Assembly (NCBI RefSeq): GCF_006345805.1
Contig: NC_043011.1
Location: 5,952,001-6,016,000 of the forward strand
DNA length: 64,000 nucleotides
DNA from: Octopus sinensis
Taxonomy: Eukaryota
Reading direction: 5' to 3'
The position numbers and the translations under genes are program-made. Positions within the stretch are counted from its first letter, which is position 1; every line of letters starts with the position of its first letter. Shown here one piece after another: positions 53,122 through 63,847 of this stretch. Below the pieces are notes generated by a model. The model was not told the origin of the DNA, did no database searches, and was given only the letters and a program-made list of their open reading frames with translations.

Positions 53122-53310
53122 TAACGTCCATTGTCCATGCTGGCATGGGTTGAACAATTTGACCAGGGCTGGCAAGCTGGGAGGCTGCACCAGACTCCAG
53201 TCTGATTTGGCATGGTTTTCTATGCTCCGGATGCCCTTCCTAACGCCAACCACTCCGAGAGTATAATTGGTGCTTTTTACATACCATAAGCACAGGTGCC
53301 ATTTGCATGA
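53090..53310 (-). mobile_element. V-domain-like SINE family C
   Basis: (CAT)n then CTAACGTCCATTGTCCATGC..GGATGCCCTTCCTAACGCCAACC. Confidence 0.8.
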
Positions 53311-53885
53311 CACCAGAATCTGCCACAAGACAGGTTTGTTTCAGATTCTGTCTACCAAATTTATTCTCACAGAGGTGACCAAAATTTACACCATCCCCTG
53401 TGAATGGGACACTGGTCTATCCCAGGGTTCCTCTTCATGGTTGAGTGAACTGAAGCAACTTATCATTATTATGGCACATTTTTTTTTACTAATAAAGTTC
53501 AAAGGTGTTGTGCTCAAGAATGCAACATATTGCCCAGTGCTGGAATCAAAAACACACTCTTGCAATCATGAATGCAACACCCTCACACTAGGCCATACAC
53601 ATGTGTACCAGTCATGTACTGGGGTCTATTTAATTAACTATACCCTATTTGATGCCTCTTTTCAGATGACTGTCTAAGTCAGTTAAGAAAGAATATTTGG
53701 TGGCAGGTGAAAGGTCTGTGACAAAACCTCCATCTAAAGAGACCATATTTCCCCAACATCTATGAGCTACTATAAACAGCTAAACTTTACAATATTCACT
53801 GTTGATCATCCTCCATGATGAGACACAATTATCTTCATTATATCCACAAACAAACCTTGTCAATTGCATATTGTTCTCTTATCTA

Positions 53886-54108
53886 TTTGAGTGAGGTCGT
53901 TGCCAGTACTGCCTGATTGGCCCCCGGTGCTGGTGGCACGTAAAAGCACCCACTAGACTCTCGGAGCGGTTGGCATTAGGAAGGGCATCCAGCCGTAGAA
54001 ACTCTGCCAGATCAAGATTGGAGCCTGGTGCAGCCATCTGGTTCGCCAGACCTCGGTTAAATCATCCAACCCATGCTAGCATGGAAAGCGGACATTAAAC
54101 GATGATGA
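53886..54108 (+). mobile_element. V-domain-like SINE family C
   Basis: Family C consensus with (GAT)n tail. Confidence 0.85.
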
Positions 54109-54410
54109 CCCTCTCTCAAAGTTTGCGGCCTTGGTACCAATGCAAGAAATTTCCATCATTCTTCCGTTTCATTTTTTTTTTCTAACTCATCTTGGTGACA
54201 GCCATTGTAAGGGATGTTAGCTTCGAGCAAACTAAGTCTCCAACGTTAGTTTTCAATGTTGCTGATTACAGCTATTTCACAAAGTTTCTTGTAAGAGATA
54301 TCGATATCACAATAGCCATTCTTTTCCTTTATTTTTTCACATTTTCCTTTATTTTTTACTTCATCATGAAGTCAATGAAAGAGTGATAAGTTGTCTCAAA
54401 TCATCCACAC

Positions 54411-54461
<51 letters not shown>

Positions 54462-54819
54462 CACAAACTCTAGCAATTGAATCTATTTAATAAATGGAAT
54501 AAGCAGATAAATACTTATCATTATTATGGCACATTTTTTTTTACTAATAAAGTTCACCAAATTTATTAACATCTGCCTCTGTCACCCATCATCAGCAGAA
54601 ATAACATTGAATCGGGAGAAGAAAGAAGAAGCTTTGTTGGGCCCAGGATCAACACAAAGTTTTATAATGAACCATACGAGCATAAAGCTTTTTAAAATTA
54701 AGTAGCATTGCTGCAAGAGGAAGGAACAGAACAGAAGCCATTCATGCAAAATGCTGGTGTCTAGCATGCAACATCTTCACAGCAATTGTCTTCGCACAAT
54801 CCTTCTTCTTTATTGCGCT

Positions 54820-55361
54820 CACCTTCTTCTTTTTCATTTTCTTCCTCATCTTCTTTTCATTCTTTTTTCCTCCTTCTTCCCCACCGCCTCCTTCTTCCCC
54901 CGCCTCTTTGTTTCCCCACCTCCTCCTCCTTCTTCTTCTTCTTCGTCTTCTTTTTCCCTTTCTTCTTCACCTTCTTCACCTTCTTTTCCTCCTCCTTCTT
55001 CATCTCCTTCACCTTCTTTCACTCTTTCTACTCTTTCGTTTTTTTTAATCTCTTTTTTCCTCTTCTTCTTTATCTTCTTCTTCTTCTTTTTCCCTTTCTT
55101 CTTCACCTTCTTTTCCTTCTTTTTCTTCCTCCTTCCCTCCTTCTTCATCATCTTCACCTTCTTTCCCTTTTTCTATGCTTTCGTCTTTTTCTTCTTTCCC
55201 TCTTTCTTCTTCTTCTTCTTCTTCTTCTTCTTCTTCTTCTTCTTCTTTTTCTTCTCCCACTTCTTCTTCTTCTTCTTTTTCCTCTTCTTCTTCTTCTTCT
55301 CCCACTTCTTCCTCTTCTTCTTCTTCTTCCTCTTCTTGTTCTTCTTCTTCTTCTTCTCCCA

Positions 55362-55392
<31 letters not shown>

Positions 55393-55420
55393 TTCTTCTT
55401 CTCCCACTTCTTCCTCTTCT

Positions 55421-55452
<32 letters not shown>

Positions 55453-55474
55453 TCCCACTTCTTCCTCTTCTTCT

Positions 55475-55505
<31 letters not shown>

Positions 55506-55550
55506 ATTCTTCTTCCTCTTCTTCTTCTTCTTCTCCTCCTCCTCCTTCAT
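54820..55550. repeat. (CTT)n satellite with a higher-order CTCCCA-punctuated unit
   Basis: TTCTTCTCCCACTTCTTC recurs five times between 55250 and 55465. Confidence 0.95.
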
Positions 55551-56018
55551 ATTCCTTGCTGTCCCATCAATCAACTGTTGATCCATTGAATAAAGTTTTA
55601 GTGAATAAAACACTGATTAAACTATATTTATCCATTTACCATCAGCAACTGAAATTCTAGAATGTTCTACTCACTTGTAGAATATTCAATAAAAGAAATA
55701 CTTATTTGTTTCTTTGCCATCAATCCACTCGGCATATATACATATATATGTTTTTGTTTTAGTTTTTTGTGTTTTTTTTGATAATTTTGTATTTTCTCCA
55801 CATTTTTTTGTCTCATTCATGACCCCTTCTTGTTAATTTTTATTTCTATTTTTTTTAAAGAATATGATTTTTTCATTCAAATATTTTATTTTATTGATAT
55901 TTATTGAAAAACCCCCACATCAAAATGATAAGAAAGCAAATAAACAAAAGTACAGATACATACGCACACACATATGTGTGTGTATGTGTGCATACACACA
56001 CACATATATATACATATA

Positions 56019-56065
<47 letters not shown>

Positions 56066-56146
56066 GTGTGTGTATATACACAAATATACATATATATGTA
56101 CATATGTATATGTTTATATATCTATACATGTATGTGTGTGGTGTAT

Positions 56147-56208
<62 letters not shown>

Positions 56209-56376
56209 AAAAGAAATGGAGCAATAGACAACAATGAGAAGTTGATCATTGGTATTAAAAGGTCATAGTTTAATTGTAGTTCAGAACCATTTACAGCTGT
56301 TTCTATTTATCAAATCAAAACAAATTTGCATTTATCTCATTCCATTTAACAAGCATCGTCAGAATGATTTAGAGGA

Positions 56377-57191
56377 ATTAGACTAATCTGCCCCAATAAA
56401 TCTGATCTAAGTAAGCTAAGTAAATTAATATTAGATAAATATATTCCTACTATAAAAACTAAAATCACCTTTGAATTATGGTCAAATACCTATGACACCC
56501 TTAACTAGTTCTCCAAGATACAGAATAAAAATAGCTATAAGTTCCTACAAACAGACAAAGAGAACTACTACTCATCAATTAACCCTATGATTCTAAATTG
56601 CGCTCTTATTTTTGCCAAATAACCTACCAAACTGACAATAAATGAAATTAAGGTAATCATAGAAGCTAGAAAATCTATAATTAAATTCGATAACAAATTA
56701 TGGGTTAGAAAGGATACCCCTAATTACTTCGACATTACTACGAGACCCCTTGATTCAACACAGGTATCTGAGTTAGTAGGCCTTTACTTATTATCACATT
56801 TACATGAAGAATTCCCAGAGATCAGGGGTGGCCTTTACAGAGGCAAAACACCTCAAATAGGAGACTAGAACTACTATAGAAAAATCTATATAAGTTCTTT
56901 AAACATTTTGGCTTAACCATCACAATAGAAAAAGAGCATAATTCTATTAACTACTTAGATGCCAACTGTAATCTAACCATGGGACTACATGAACCATACA
57001 TTAAACTGGATACAAACCTTAAATATATAAATGCACTTAGCAACCACCCAAACTTTATAAAAAGAGGACTAGTACAAGGCATCAGCAAAAGAATCTCATA
57101 TCTCACGTCAAATGAGGATATCTTTAATAAGTATATGGAATTCTACAACAGGGCATTAGAAAAAGCAGGTTATAAGCAAAAAATTAAGTAC
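56377..57191 (+). pseudogene. Penelope-like retroelement reverse transcriptase, inactivated
   Basis: IRLICPNKSDLSKLSKLILD..FLQTDKENYYSSI..ARKS..WVRK..FDITTRPLDSTQVSELVGLYLL..GGLYR (DD lost)..INYLDANCNL..PYIK..YINALSNHP..ISKRISYLTS..ALEKAGY; contains stops and a deletion. Confidence 0.88.
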
Positions 57192-57194
57192 CAG

Positions 57195-57683
57195 CATGGG
57201 ACTAGTCACCCGGCACTGGCATTGACAACACTTGAATGGTGCTTTTTACGTGTCACTGGCACGGGAGCCAGTTAGGCAGGACTGGCATCGACCACGCTCG
57301 AATGGTGCTTTTTATGTGCCGCCGGCATGGGAGCCAGTCAGCGGGTACTGGCATTGGCCACATTCTTTTTACATGCCACCAGCACAGAACGCATTCAGGG
57401 GACACTGGCATCAACCATGTCCAGATGATGCATTTTACGTGCCACCGGAATGGGAGCCAGTTAGGGCACACTGGCCACAGCCACAATTTTGGTTTAACTT
57501 GACTCAACAGGTCTTCTCAAGCATATCATATCATATCAACCGATGCATCAAGGGTACTCATAAAAGGGCCGGACATGCAACAATGGCATTGGCCAAGACT
57601 GCAATTTCACTTTAGTTGCTGGGTCTTCTCAATCACAGCATATTTCCAAAGGTCTCAGTCTCCTGTCATTGCCTTGTGAGTCC

Positions 57684-57685
<2 letters not shown>
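57195..57685 (-). mobile_element. Family C SINE 5'/internal part with about five tandem units
   Basis: Repeated GGTGCTTTTTACGTGCCACCGGCATGGGAGCCAGT-like units; interrupts the PLE RT. Confidence 0.8.
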
Positions 57686-57722
<37 letters not shown>

Positions 57723-57827
57723 TAATATATATATATATATTTATAATAAGAGAGTAGATTGTATACGAGTGGGTATATATTTGTAAAAAAGAAGTTTGAA
57801 AACGCCACTATATTAGATAAATTTTAA

Positions 57828-57870
57828 TTTTACATGTTTCAGTTCTTGAAAAAACGAACCTTATCAAAAA
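57828..57870 (-). ncRNA. Minimal hammerhead-like motif with U3-A8 core variant
   Basis: TTT-TTGATAA-GGTTC-GTTTTTTCAA-GAACT-GAAA-CAT-GTA-AAA; palindromic stem III ACATGT; partial second copy near 57955-57990. Confidence 0.6.
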
Positions 57871-58317
57871 AATTTATTATAAAAAGTATAATGGAACAGT
57901 TCATAATTGTTACATACATTCAATAGAATCCATGCTATATACATTCAATAGAATCCATGTTCTTAAAAAGGCGAACCTTATCAAATATATTATAAAGAGT
58001 ATAATAGAAAAGACCCATAGTCGTGCCTTACTGTTTTGTCGAGTGTAGTGGAGAAGTTCATTATAGATTTTACCTTGTGTTCCAATGGAAGCAACAGTAG
58101 TGGTTCTTGGTTGTCGTCTGTTGGTCGTAATTTTGGTAACCTTGGTGGTGGTTGGGGTTATATCAGCTAAGCTGTGGCTGTGGCTGTGACAGCAGCAGTA
58201 GCCGTAGTAAAGGGCTGTTGATTGTGGTAACAACAGTGGTCAGTTCTCTGGTACTGTTCACTGACGTCATATAATTCCAAACCAATCAAAACCAAGCTTC
58301 AACCAATATAAGGAAAA

Positions 58318-58521
58318 GACCCATAACTGTATCTTGTAAGGAAACCAACCAAGCAGAACGACAAGTTTGACCACGGAAGAAAAACGTCATCAATTTTTTA
58401 ACGAATCAAAATCAGATCTGACCCATAACTGTATCTTGTAAGGAAACCAACCAAGCAGGACGACAAGCTTGACCATGGAGGTAAAACGTCATCAATTTTT
58501 TGACGAATCAAAATCAGATCT
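58318..58521. repeat. 102-bp tandem duplication
   Basis: 58318-58419 and 58420-58521 nearly identical (GACCCATAACTGTATCTTG...ATCAGATCT). Confidence 0.95.
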
Positions 58522-58697
58522 GCTCGCAGAGAAAAAATCTTTTTATAAATTCATATATATATATATATATATATATACACTCAACACAGGGGCCTATATC
58601 TAGTACCTAGAGGAGGTAGTGCTACCCTGGATCAAGAGGGTGGTGGCTGGAAGACCCTATATCTGGCAACAGGACTCTGCACCATGCCACACAAGCA

Positions 58698-59535
58698 CAC
58701 TAACATCTCATTTTAACAGATATATTTACCAAAATTACATTAAAATATCTTGAAATACTAAAGAGTAAATTTATTCAAAAAAATCGCCATTGGCTTCAAC
58801 CATGGCCTTTAGATGACTTTGGAATCTCCTGCAACTCTTCTGGACGGTCTCCTTGTTTAAGTTGGTAAGTGCTGTCATAATCCTTGCCTTCAATTCATCT
58901 TTAGTGTTACAAGGAGTTCTGTATGCCACTTGCTCAACTGTGACCCACACATAATAATCAAGGGGGTTGTAGTCTGGGGAGTTAGGTGGCCATATGTTAG
59001 GGTGATGTGATCACAGAAATTGTCCGACAGCCATGACTGGATTCTCCTGCTTGTGTGGCATGGTGCAGAGTCCTGTTGCCAGACACAGGGTCTTCCAGCA
59101 GCCACCTTCTTGACCCAGGGCAGCACTACCTCCTCCAGGCACTTGATGTAGGCCTCCGTGTTGAGTGTGAGGCCATGTAGGAAGATGAATGGAAACATAA
59201 CGTCCCCATCACCAGTTATCATTCCAAACACCATGATGTTGACTGGATGTTTAATTTTTATCACTCTCAGTACAACTCCTCAGATTGCACTGTCCTCAGA
59301 TTCACACCCAAAGACTCTGAAATGTTCGTATTGGAGCTTCTGGCATAAATACCAAGCAGTATAGCATGTCGTTTCCAAATTTCTAGCATAGTGAATTGCG
59401 TCGTGGGGCTGTTTTTCTCACAGATGGTGCCCAACTGACCCTACTATACTGTGTAGTCGACAAAAATCAAAAGCAAACAATGCATATGGGTGAAATAAAA
59501 ATATAAAATGCCAACAATTTACCCACTGCACCCTG
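58698..59535 (-). mobile_element. Internally deleted DD37D (maT-type) Tc1/mariner element
   Basis: 5' terminus TA-CAGGGTGCAGTGGG; N-terminal HTH (ISESLGVNLRTVQ); KHPVNIMVFG..WQQDSAPCHTS..WPPNSPDYNPLD gives 37 residues between the last two Asp after correcting one frameshift; other TIR absent. Confidence 0.88.
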
Positions 59536-59589
59536 TATGTGTGTGTGTGTGTGTGTTTGTGTGTATGTGCATGTGTGTGTGTGTGTATA

Positions 59590-59817
59590 TATTTCTTTAC
59601 TACCCACAAGGGGCCAAACACAGAGGAGACAAACAAGGACAGACAAAGGGATTAAGTCGATTACATCGACATCTGTGCGTAACTGGTACTTAATTTATCG
59701 ACCCCGGAAGGATAAAAGGCAAAGTCGACCTCGGCGGAATTTGATCTCGGAATGTAATGGCAGACGAAATATGGCAACGCATTTCGCCCGGCGTGCTAAC
59801 GTTTCTGCCAGCTCGCC
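59590..59817 (-). mobile_element. Meta-domain-like SINE family B
   Basis: Reverse complement of the family B monomer. Confidence 0.85.
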
Positions 59818-60436
59818 TATATATATATTATATATATGCACACACACACATACACATATATATGAACACACATATATATATTGCTACATATAGATACATA
59901 GACAGATCTATGGATATATAGATATATGCATATAACCAAATGATTTTGAAATTATATATATGTTCATAAACATGCACACACATGTATATATGAGTATATA
60001 TATATATATATGCACACATACAGATGCACACATATGCCCACATATTTACATATGGACTTATATGGACATGATTGTGCAGAACAAGCAACACACATAAATA
60101 TGAATTTCATAAGTGCAAATAAAAACATGCCAGTCACTCGCTGATTTTAAAAACCATTGTAAGCTTCATGGTTTCTATAACAAAAAAAACAAACCGAAAT
60201 AAGATATTTTGGCAGAGACAGACATACTTATGTGACAAATCAATGGCTACAATATATATGTATATAATATATGTGTATACAACATACATGTATATGTATA
60301 TATGTATACAGCAGAAATTTAGATTCAGATGAATATGGTACTTAAGTTGAGGCACCAGAATTTAGTACGGTATTATCCATACAATTTCAAAAAAGGTGAT
60401 TATAATCAAAATAAGCAACAAGGATATCCAGAGGTG

Positions 60437-60524
60437 ATGCAGTACGATCGTTTCACACATCTCCATTTAATTGAACAATGCAACCATTACATCAATTTAA
60501 ATGCAGAGCAATCCTCAGCTACAT
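60437..60524 (-). ncRNA. Type-I hammerhead-like motif, left arm
   Basis: ATGTAG-CTGAGGA-[57 nt]-GAAAC-GATC-GTA-CTGCAT; intact core, 6-bp stem I, palindromic stem III ACGATCGT. Confidence 0.7.
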
Positions 60525-60746
60525 AAATACATAGAATTTAATTAAAATAAAACAGATGGACACATTAGTATAATTTTACTTAAAATCTCCAAGAATTAAG
60601 GAGATAGACAAAGAACATGCTGCCTTCACTTCAGCTTAGAAGCTACTAAGCATGTTCTTTGTCTATCTCCTTAACTTCTTGGAGATTTTAAGTAAAATTA
60701 TACTAATGTGTCCATCTGTTTTAATTTAATTAAATTCTATGTCTTT

Positions 60747-60806
60747 GTGCAGCTGAGGATTGCTCTGTTCAATTAAATGGAGATACGTGAAACGATCGTA
60801 CTGCAT
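60747..60806 (+). ncRNA. Type-I hammerhead-like motif, right arm
   Basis: GTGCAG-CTGAGGA-TTGCTCTGTTCAATTAAATGGAGATACGT-GAAAC-GATC-GTA-CTGCAT; predicted cleavage after 60800; base of stem II not cleanly paired. Confidence 0.7.
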
Positions 60807-60844
60807 TGCCTCTGGATATCCTTGTTGCTTATTTTGATTGTATA

Positions 60845-61165
60845 TCATCATCATCATCGTTTAACGTCCACTTTCCATGCTAGCATGGATTGGACAATTT
60901 GACTGAGAATTGGCGAACCAGATGGCTGCACCAGGCTCCAATCTGATCTGGCAGAATTTCTACAGCTGGATGCCCTTCCTAACGCCAAACACTCCGAGAG
61001 TGTAGTGAGTGCTTTTAAAGTGCCAGTCTGGCGGTACTGACAGCGGCCACGCTCGAAAATGGTGTTTTTTACGTGCCACCTGCACAGGAGTCAGTCCAGC
61101 AACACTGGGAACAATCTCGCTCCAATGATTTGTTCACGTGCCACCGGCACAAGTGCCAGTGAAGT
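60845..61165 (-). mobile_element. V-domain-like SINE family C
   Basis: Family C consensus. Confidence 0.85.
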
Positions 61166-61266
61166 GACATATATATAATGAGAATTTACAAAACAAACAA
61201 AAGACAAAGACAGGTGTGTAAACAACAAACAGATGTATTAGTTTAACACTCAAGAAGTGAGAAAAT

Positions 61267-61302
61267 CTTTTACGTTTTGAGCCTATGCTCTTCGACAGAA
61301 AG
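61267..61302 (-). ncRNA. Degenerate minimal hammerhead-like motif in a pLTR-like island (61170-61345)
   Basis: CTTT-CTGTCGA-A-GAGC-ATAG-GCTC-AAAA-CG-TA-AAAG; stems intact, two core substitutions. Confidence 0.55.
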
Positions 61303-61389
61303 GAACGCAGAAATAAACAGGGAGAGAAAATAAAATAAAATATACGTACATACATATATATATATGATGATGATGATGATATATATATA

Positions 61390-61491
61390 CTTTATTAATA
61401 AAGTTGCAAAGACATCACAAAAACTGTTACTCTGAGTAACAAGTTTTCTAACAGTTTTTGTGATGTCGTTGCAACTTTAATAATAATAAAG
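61390..61491. repeat. Foldback palindrome centred on a hammerhead stem-III-like remnant
   Basis: AAAGTTGCAAAGACATCACAAAAACTGTTA / TAACAGTTTTTGTGATGTCGTTGCAACTTT; centre GTTAC-TCTGA-GTAAC; AATAAA downstream. Confidence 0.8.
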
Positions 61492-61569
61492 CATATTACT
61501 CTACCTCCGGTCGTCAAGTACTATTTTTCCTCCTTGTCTCACATTTATGTGCTTACTCTGGTATATATA

Positions 61570-63173
61570 CAGTGGGGGGAAATAAATATTCGTACATGTC
61601 AAAATTCTTTATTTATCTAATTTCAAATGAACATAAATGGGATATACCAATACTATATTTGCATACACATGCATAAACTAAGAATATGCAAAAGAAACTA
61701 ATAAATTATAGTTATTAAGGAATTTATATACAATTATAAATATTTAGGGGTGAAAAAAGTATTCGTACAGAACATAAATAACTGATAATTCTGATTTAAT
61801 ACTTCTTAGCATAACCATTATTCAGTTCCACTTCAACCAATCTCTTCTTGTAGTTCTTTATTAATGACTCACATGTTTCTTTAGGAATTTTTTCCCATTC
61901 TTCTTGACAAATTTTCTTCAAATCTGGAATGCACGTTGGGGCTCTTGAATGAATTTTAATTTTCAAATAACGCCACAAATTTTCAATGCGGTTCAATTCA
62001 GGTGACTGGCTTGGTCATTCTGATAATTTTATATTGTGATCGACAATCCATTTTTTGGTAGACTTTGCCGTGTTCTTAGGGTTGTTATCCTGTTGTAAAA
62101 CCCACCCTTCACAAAGCTGGAGCTTTTCTACAGAGTCCCATAAATTATTGCTCAAAATATTTTGGTACATCTCTGCATTCATTCTACCATCTATCACATG
62201 TAAATTGCCAGTACCATTTGCAGAGAAACACCCCCACACCATGATGTTGCCACCTCAAACTTTATGGTAGGAATTGTGTTTTTGGCGAATAGGCAGTACA
62301 TCTTTCCTAAACATGGCTACGTGAATTTCTTCCAAACAATTCAATTTTCGACTCGTCTGTCCATAGAACATTTTCCCAGAATGTATCAGGTTTTCTTTAT
62401 GTTCATAAACAAATTTTAAACGGGCATCTCTATGCCTTTTAGTCAACAGCGGAGTTTTTCTAGGAGAGTGTGACTTCAGTTCATTCCTATAAAGTTCATT
62501 GCTGATTGTTCATAGTGTAACACTAGTGCCTGAAGCTAACAAATCTTCTTACAACTCCTTTCTGGTGATCATTGCGTTTTTTTTCGATTCTTCACTTCAT
62601 TTTTCTTAAAGATCTAGGGGAAATCTTGCATGGTGCACTGGATCATATTCTGTTTTCAACAGTTCCTGATTTTTTATATCTTTGAATAAATGAAGATATG
62701 GTAGAAAATGGAATACAAAGGGTCTCTGATATTTTCCTGTAACTTTTACCTGCTTTCCACTGTTCAATAATTAAGTTTTTCACTGTATTTGTGAGTTTTT
62801 TACTTTTCACCATTATTACGATACTACTTTATGTTGTCTCAGTGCTGAATGAAGAAGCTAGCGTTTTGACACTTAAAAATGACAACTGATAAGATTATTG
62901 GAACAAACAAGAAAGTTCTAGTAAAAAAAAATTATTTTAACAGTATTTTGTGGCTTAGAAAATCATAAATTTATTCTGTACGAATACTTTTTTCATCCCT
63001 AAATATTTATAATTGTATATAAATTCCTTAATAACTATAATTTATTAGTTTCTTTTGCATATTCTTAGTTTATGCATGTGTATGCAAATATAGTATTGGT
63101 ATATCCCATTTATATTCATTAGAAATTAGATAAATAAAGAATTTTGACATGTACGAATATTTATTTCCCCCCA

Positions 63174-63176
<3 letters not shown>
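61570..63176 (-). mobile_element. Full-length Tc1-family transposon, IR/DR type (1607 bp)
   Basis: 203-bp TIRs (61570-61772, 62974-63176; 3 mismatches counted) starting CAGTG, each with TATTCGTACA at both ends; TA on both flanks. Confidence 0.97.
61796..62813 (-). pseudogene. Tc1 DD34E transposase, inactivated by stops and frameshifts
   Basis: MVKSKKLT..GKSYRKISETLCIPFSTISSFIQRYKKSGTVENR*..WTDESKIEL..GGNIMVWGCFS..QQDNNPKNT..SPELNRIENLW..KY*. Confidence 0.95.
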
Positions 63177-63210
<34 letters not shown>

Positions 63211-63256
63211 ATAAACAGGTGATGAGGAAAGCACCGGCACAGTTGCAGGAATTGAT

Positions 63257-63298
63257 GTACCTAAAGAGACCCAGAACGGGTCAAAACATGTGCTGTAC
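63257..63298 (+). ncRNA. Degenerate minimal hammerhead-like motif
   Basis: GTAC-CTAAAGA-GACCC-AGAAC-GGGTC-AAAA-CATGT-GCT-GTAC, then AATAAA; perfect 5-bp stem II, palindromic ACATGT, mutated core. Confidence 0.5.
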
Positions 63299-63847
63299 CA
63301 AATAAAGTCTATTACACATTCCATTTTCTATTTTATTAATACAGTTACTATATATATATATATTTACACATCCCATACATACATCATATATATATATATA
63401 TAATATATATATATATAATATATATCATCCTCATCATCATCATCGTTTAGCGTCATATATATATATATGTATGTATGTATGTGTATATATATATATATAT
63501 TATATATAATATATATATTATATATATATAATATATATATATATAATTATATATATATATGATATATTATATACATACAAGATACATATCTATATATATG
63601 ACGCTTATATATGATGATGATGATTATGATATATATAGATATATATATATATATATATACATATATATATAGTACAAATTAAGATAGGGGTTATGGGTGT
63701 AACCCACTATGGGATATCATTTATCCAATATACTGTTGGTAAAGTACCCAAATTCTTAATACATAAATGTTTTTAATTGCAATGCAATTAAGTCATTGAT
63801 TGTATTAAATGGGTGAAGGTAAAGAAATATTTTTACCAAAAATTTAT

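Larger units (their letters stand above)
60401..60842. repeat. About 440-bp foldback palindrome
   Basis: Arms 60401-60621 and 60649-60842 are reverse complements apart from an indel of about 28 bp and scattered substitutions; 27-nt loop. Confidence 0.95.

Noticed and set aside
50847-55660. Poly-Leu/Phe/Ser/Arg/Glu ORFs
   Set aside because: (CTT)n satellite, open in multiple frames on both strands.
57195-57480. Regularly spaced repeats resembling a CRISPR array (also 27878-28170)
   Set aside because: Spacers are homologous to each other, units are degenerate, there are no cas genes and the context is eukaryotic; these are SINE-internal tandem repeats.
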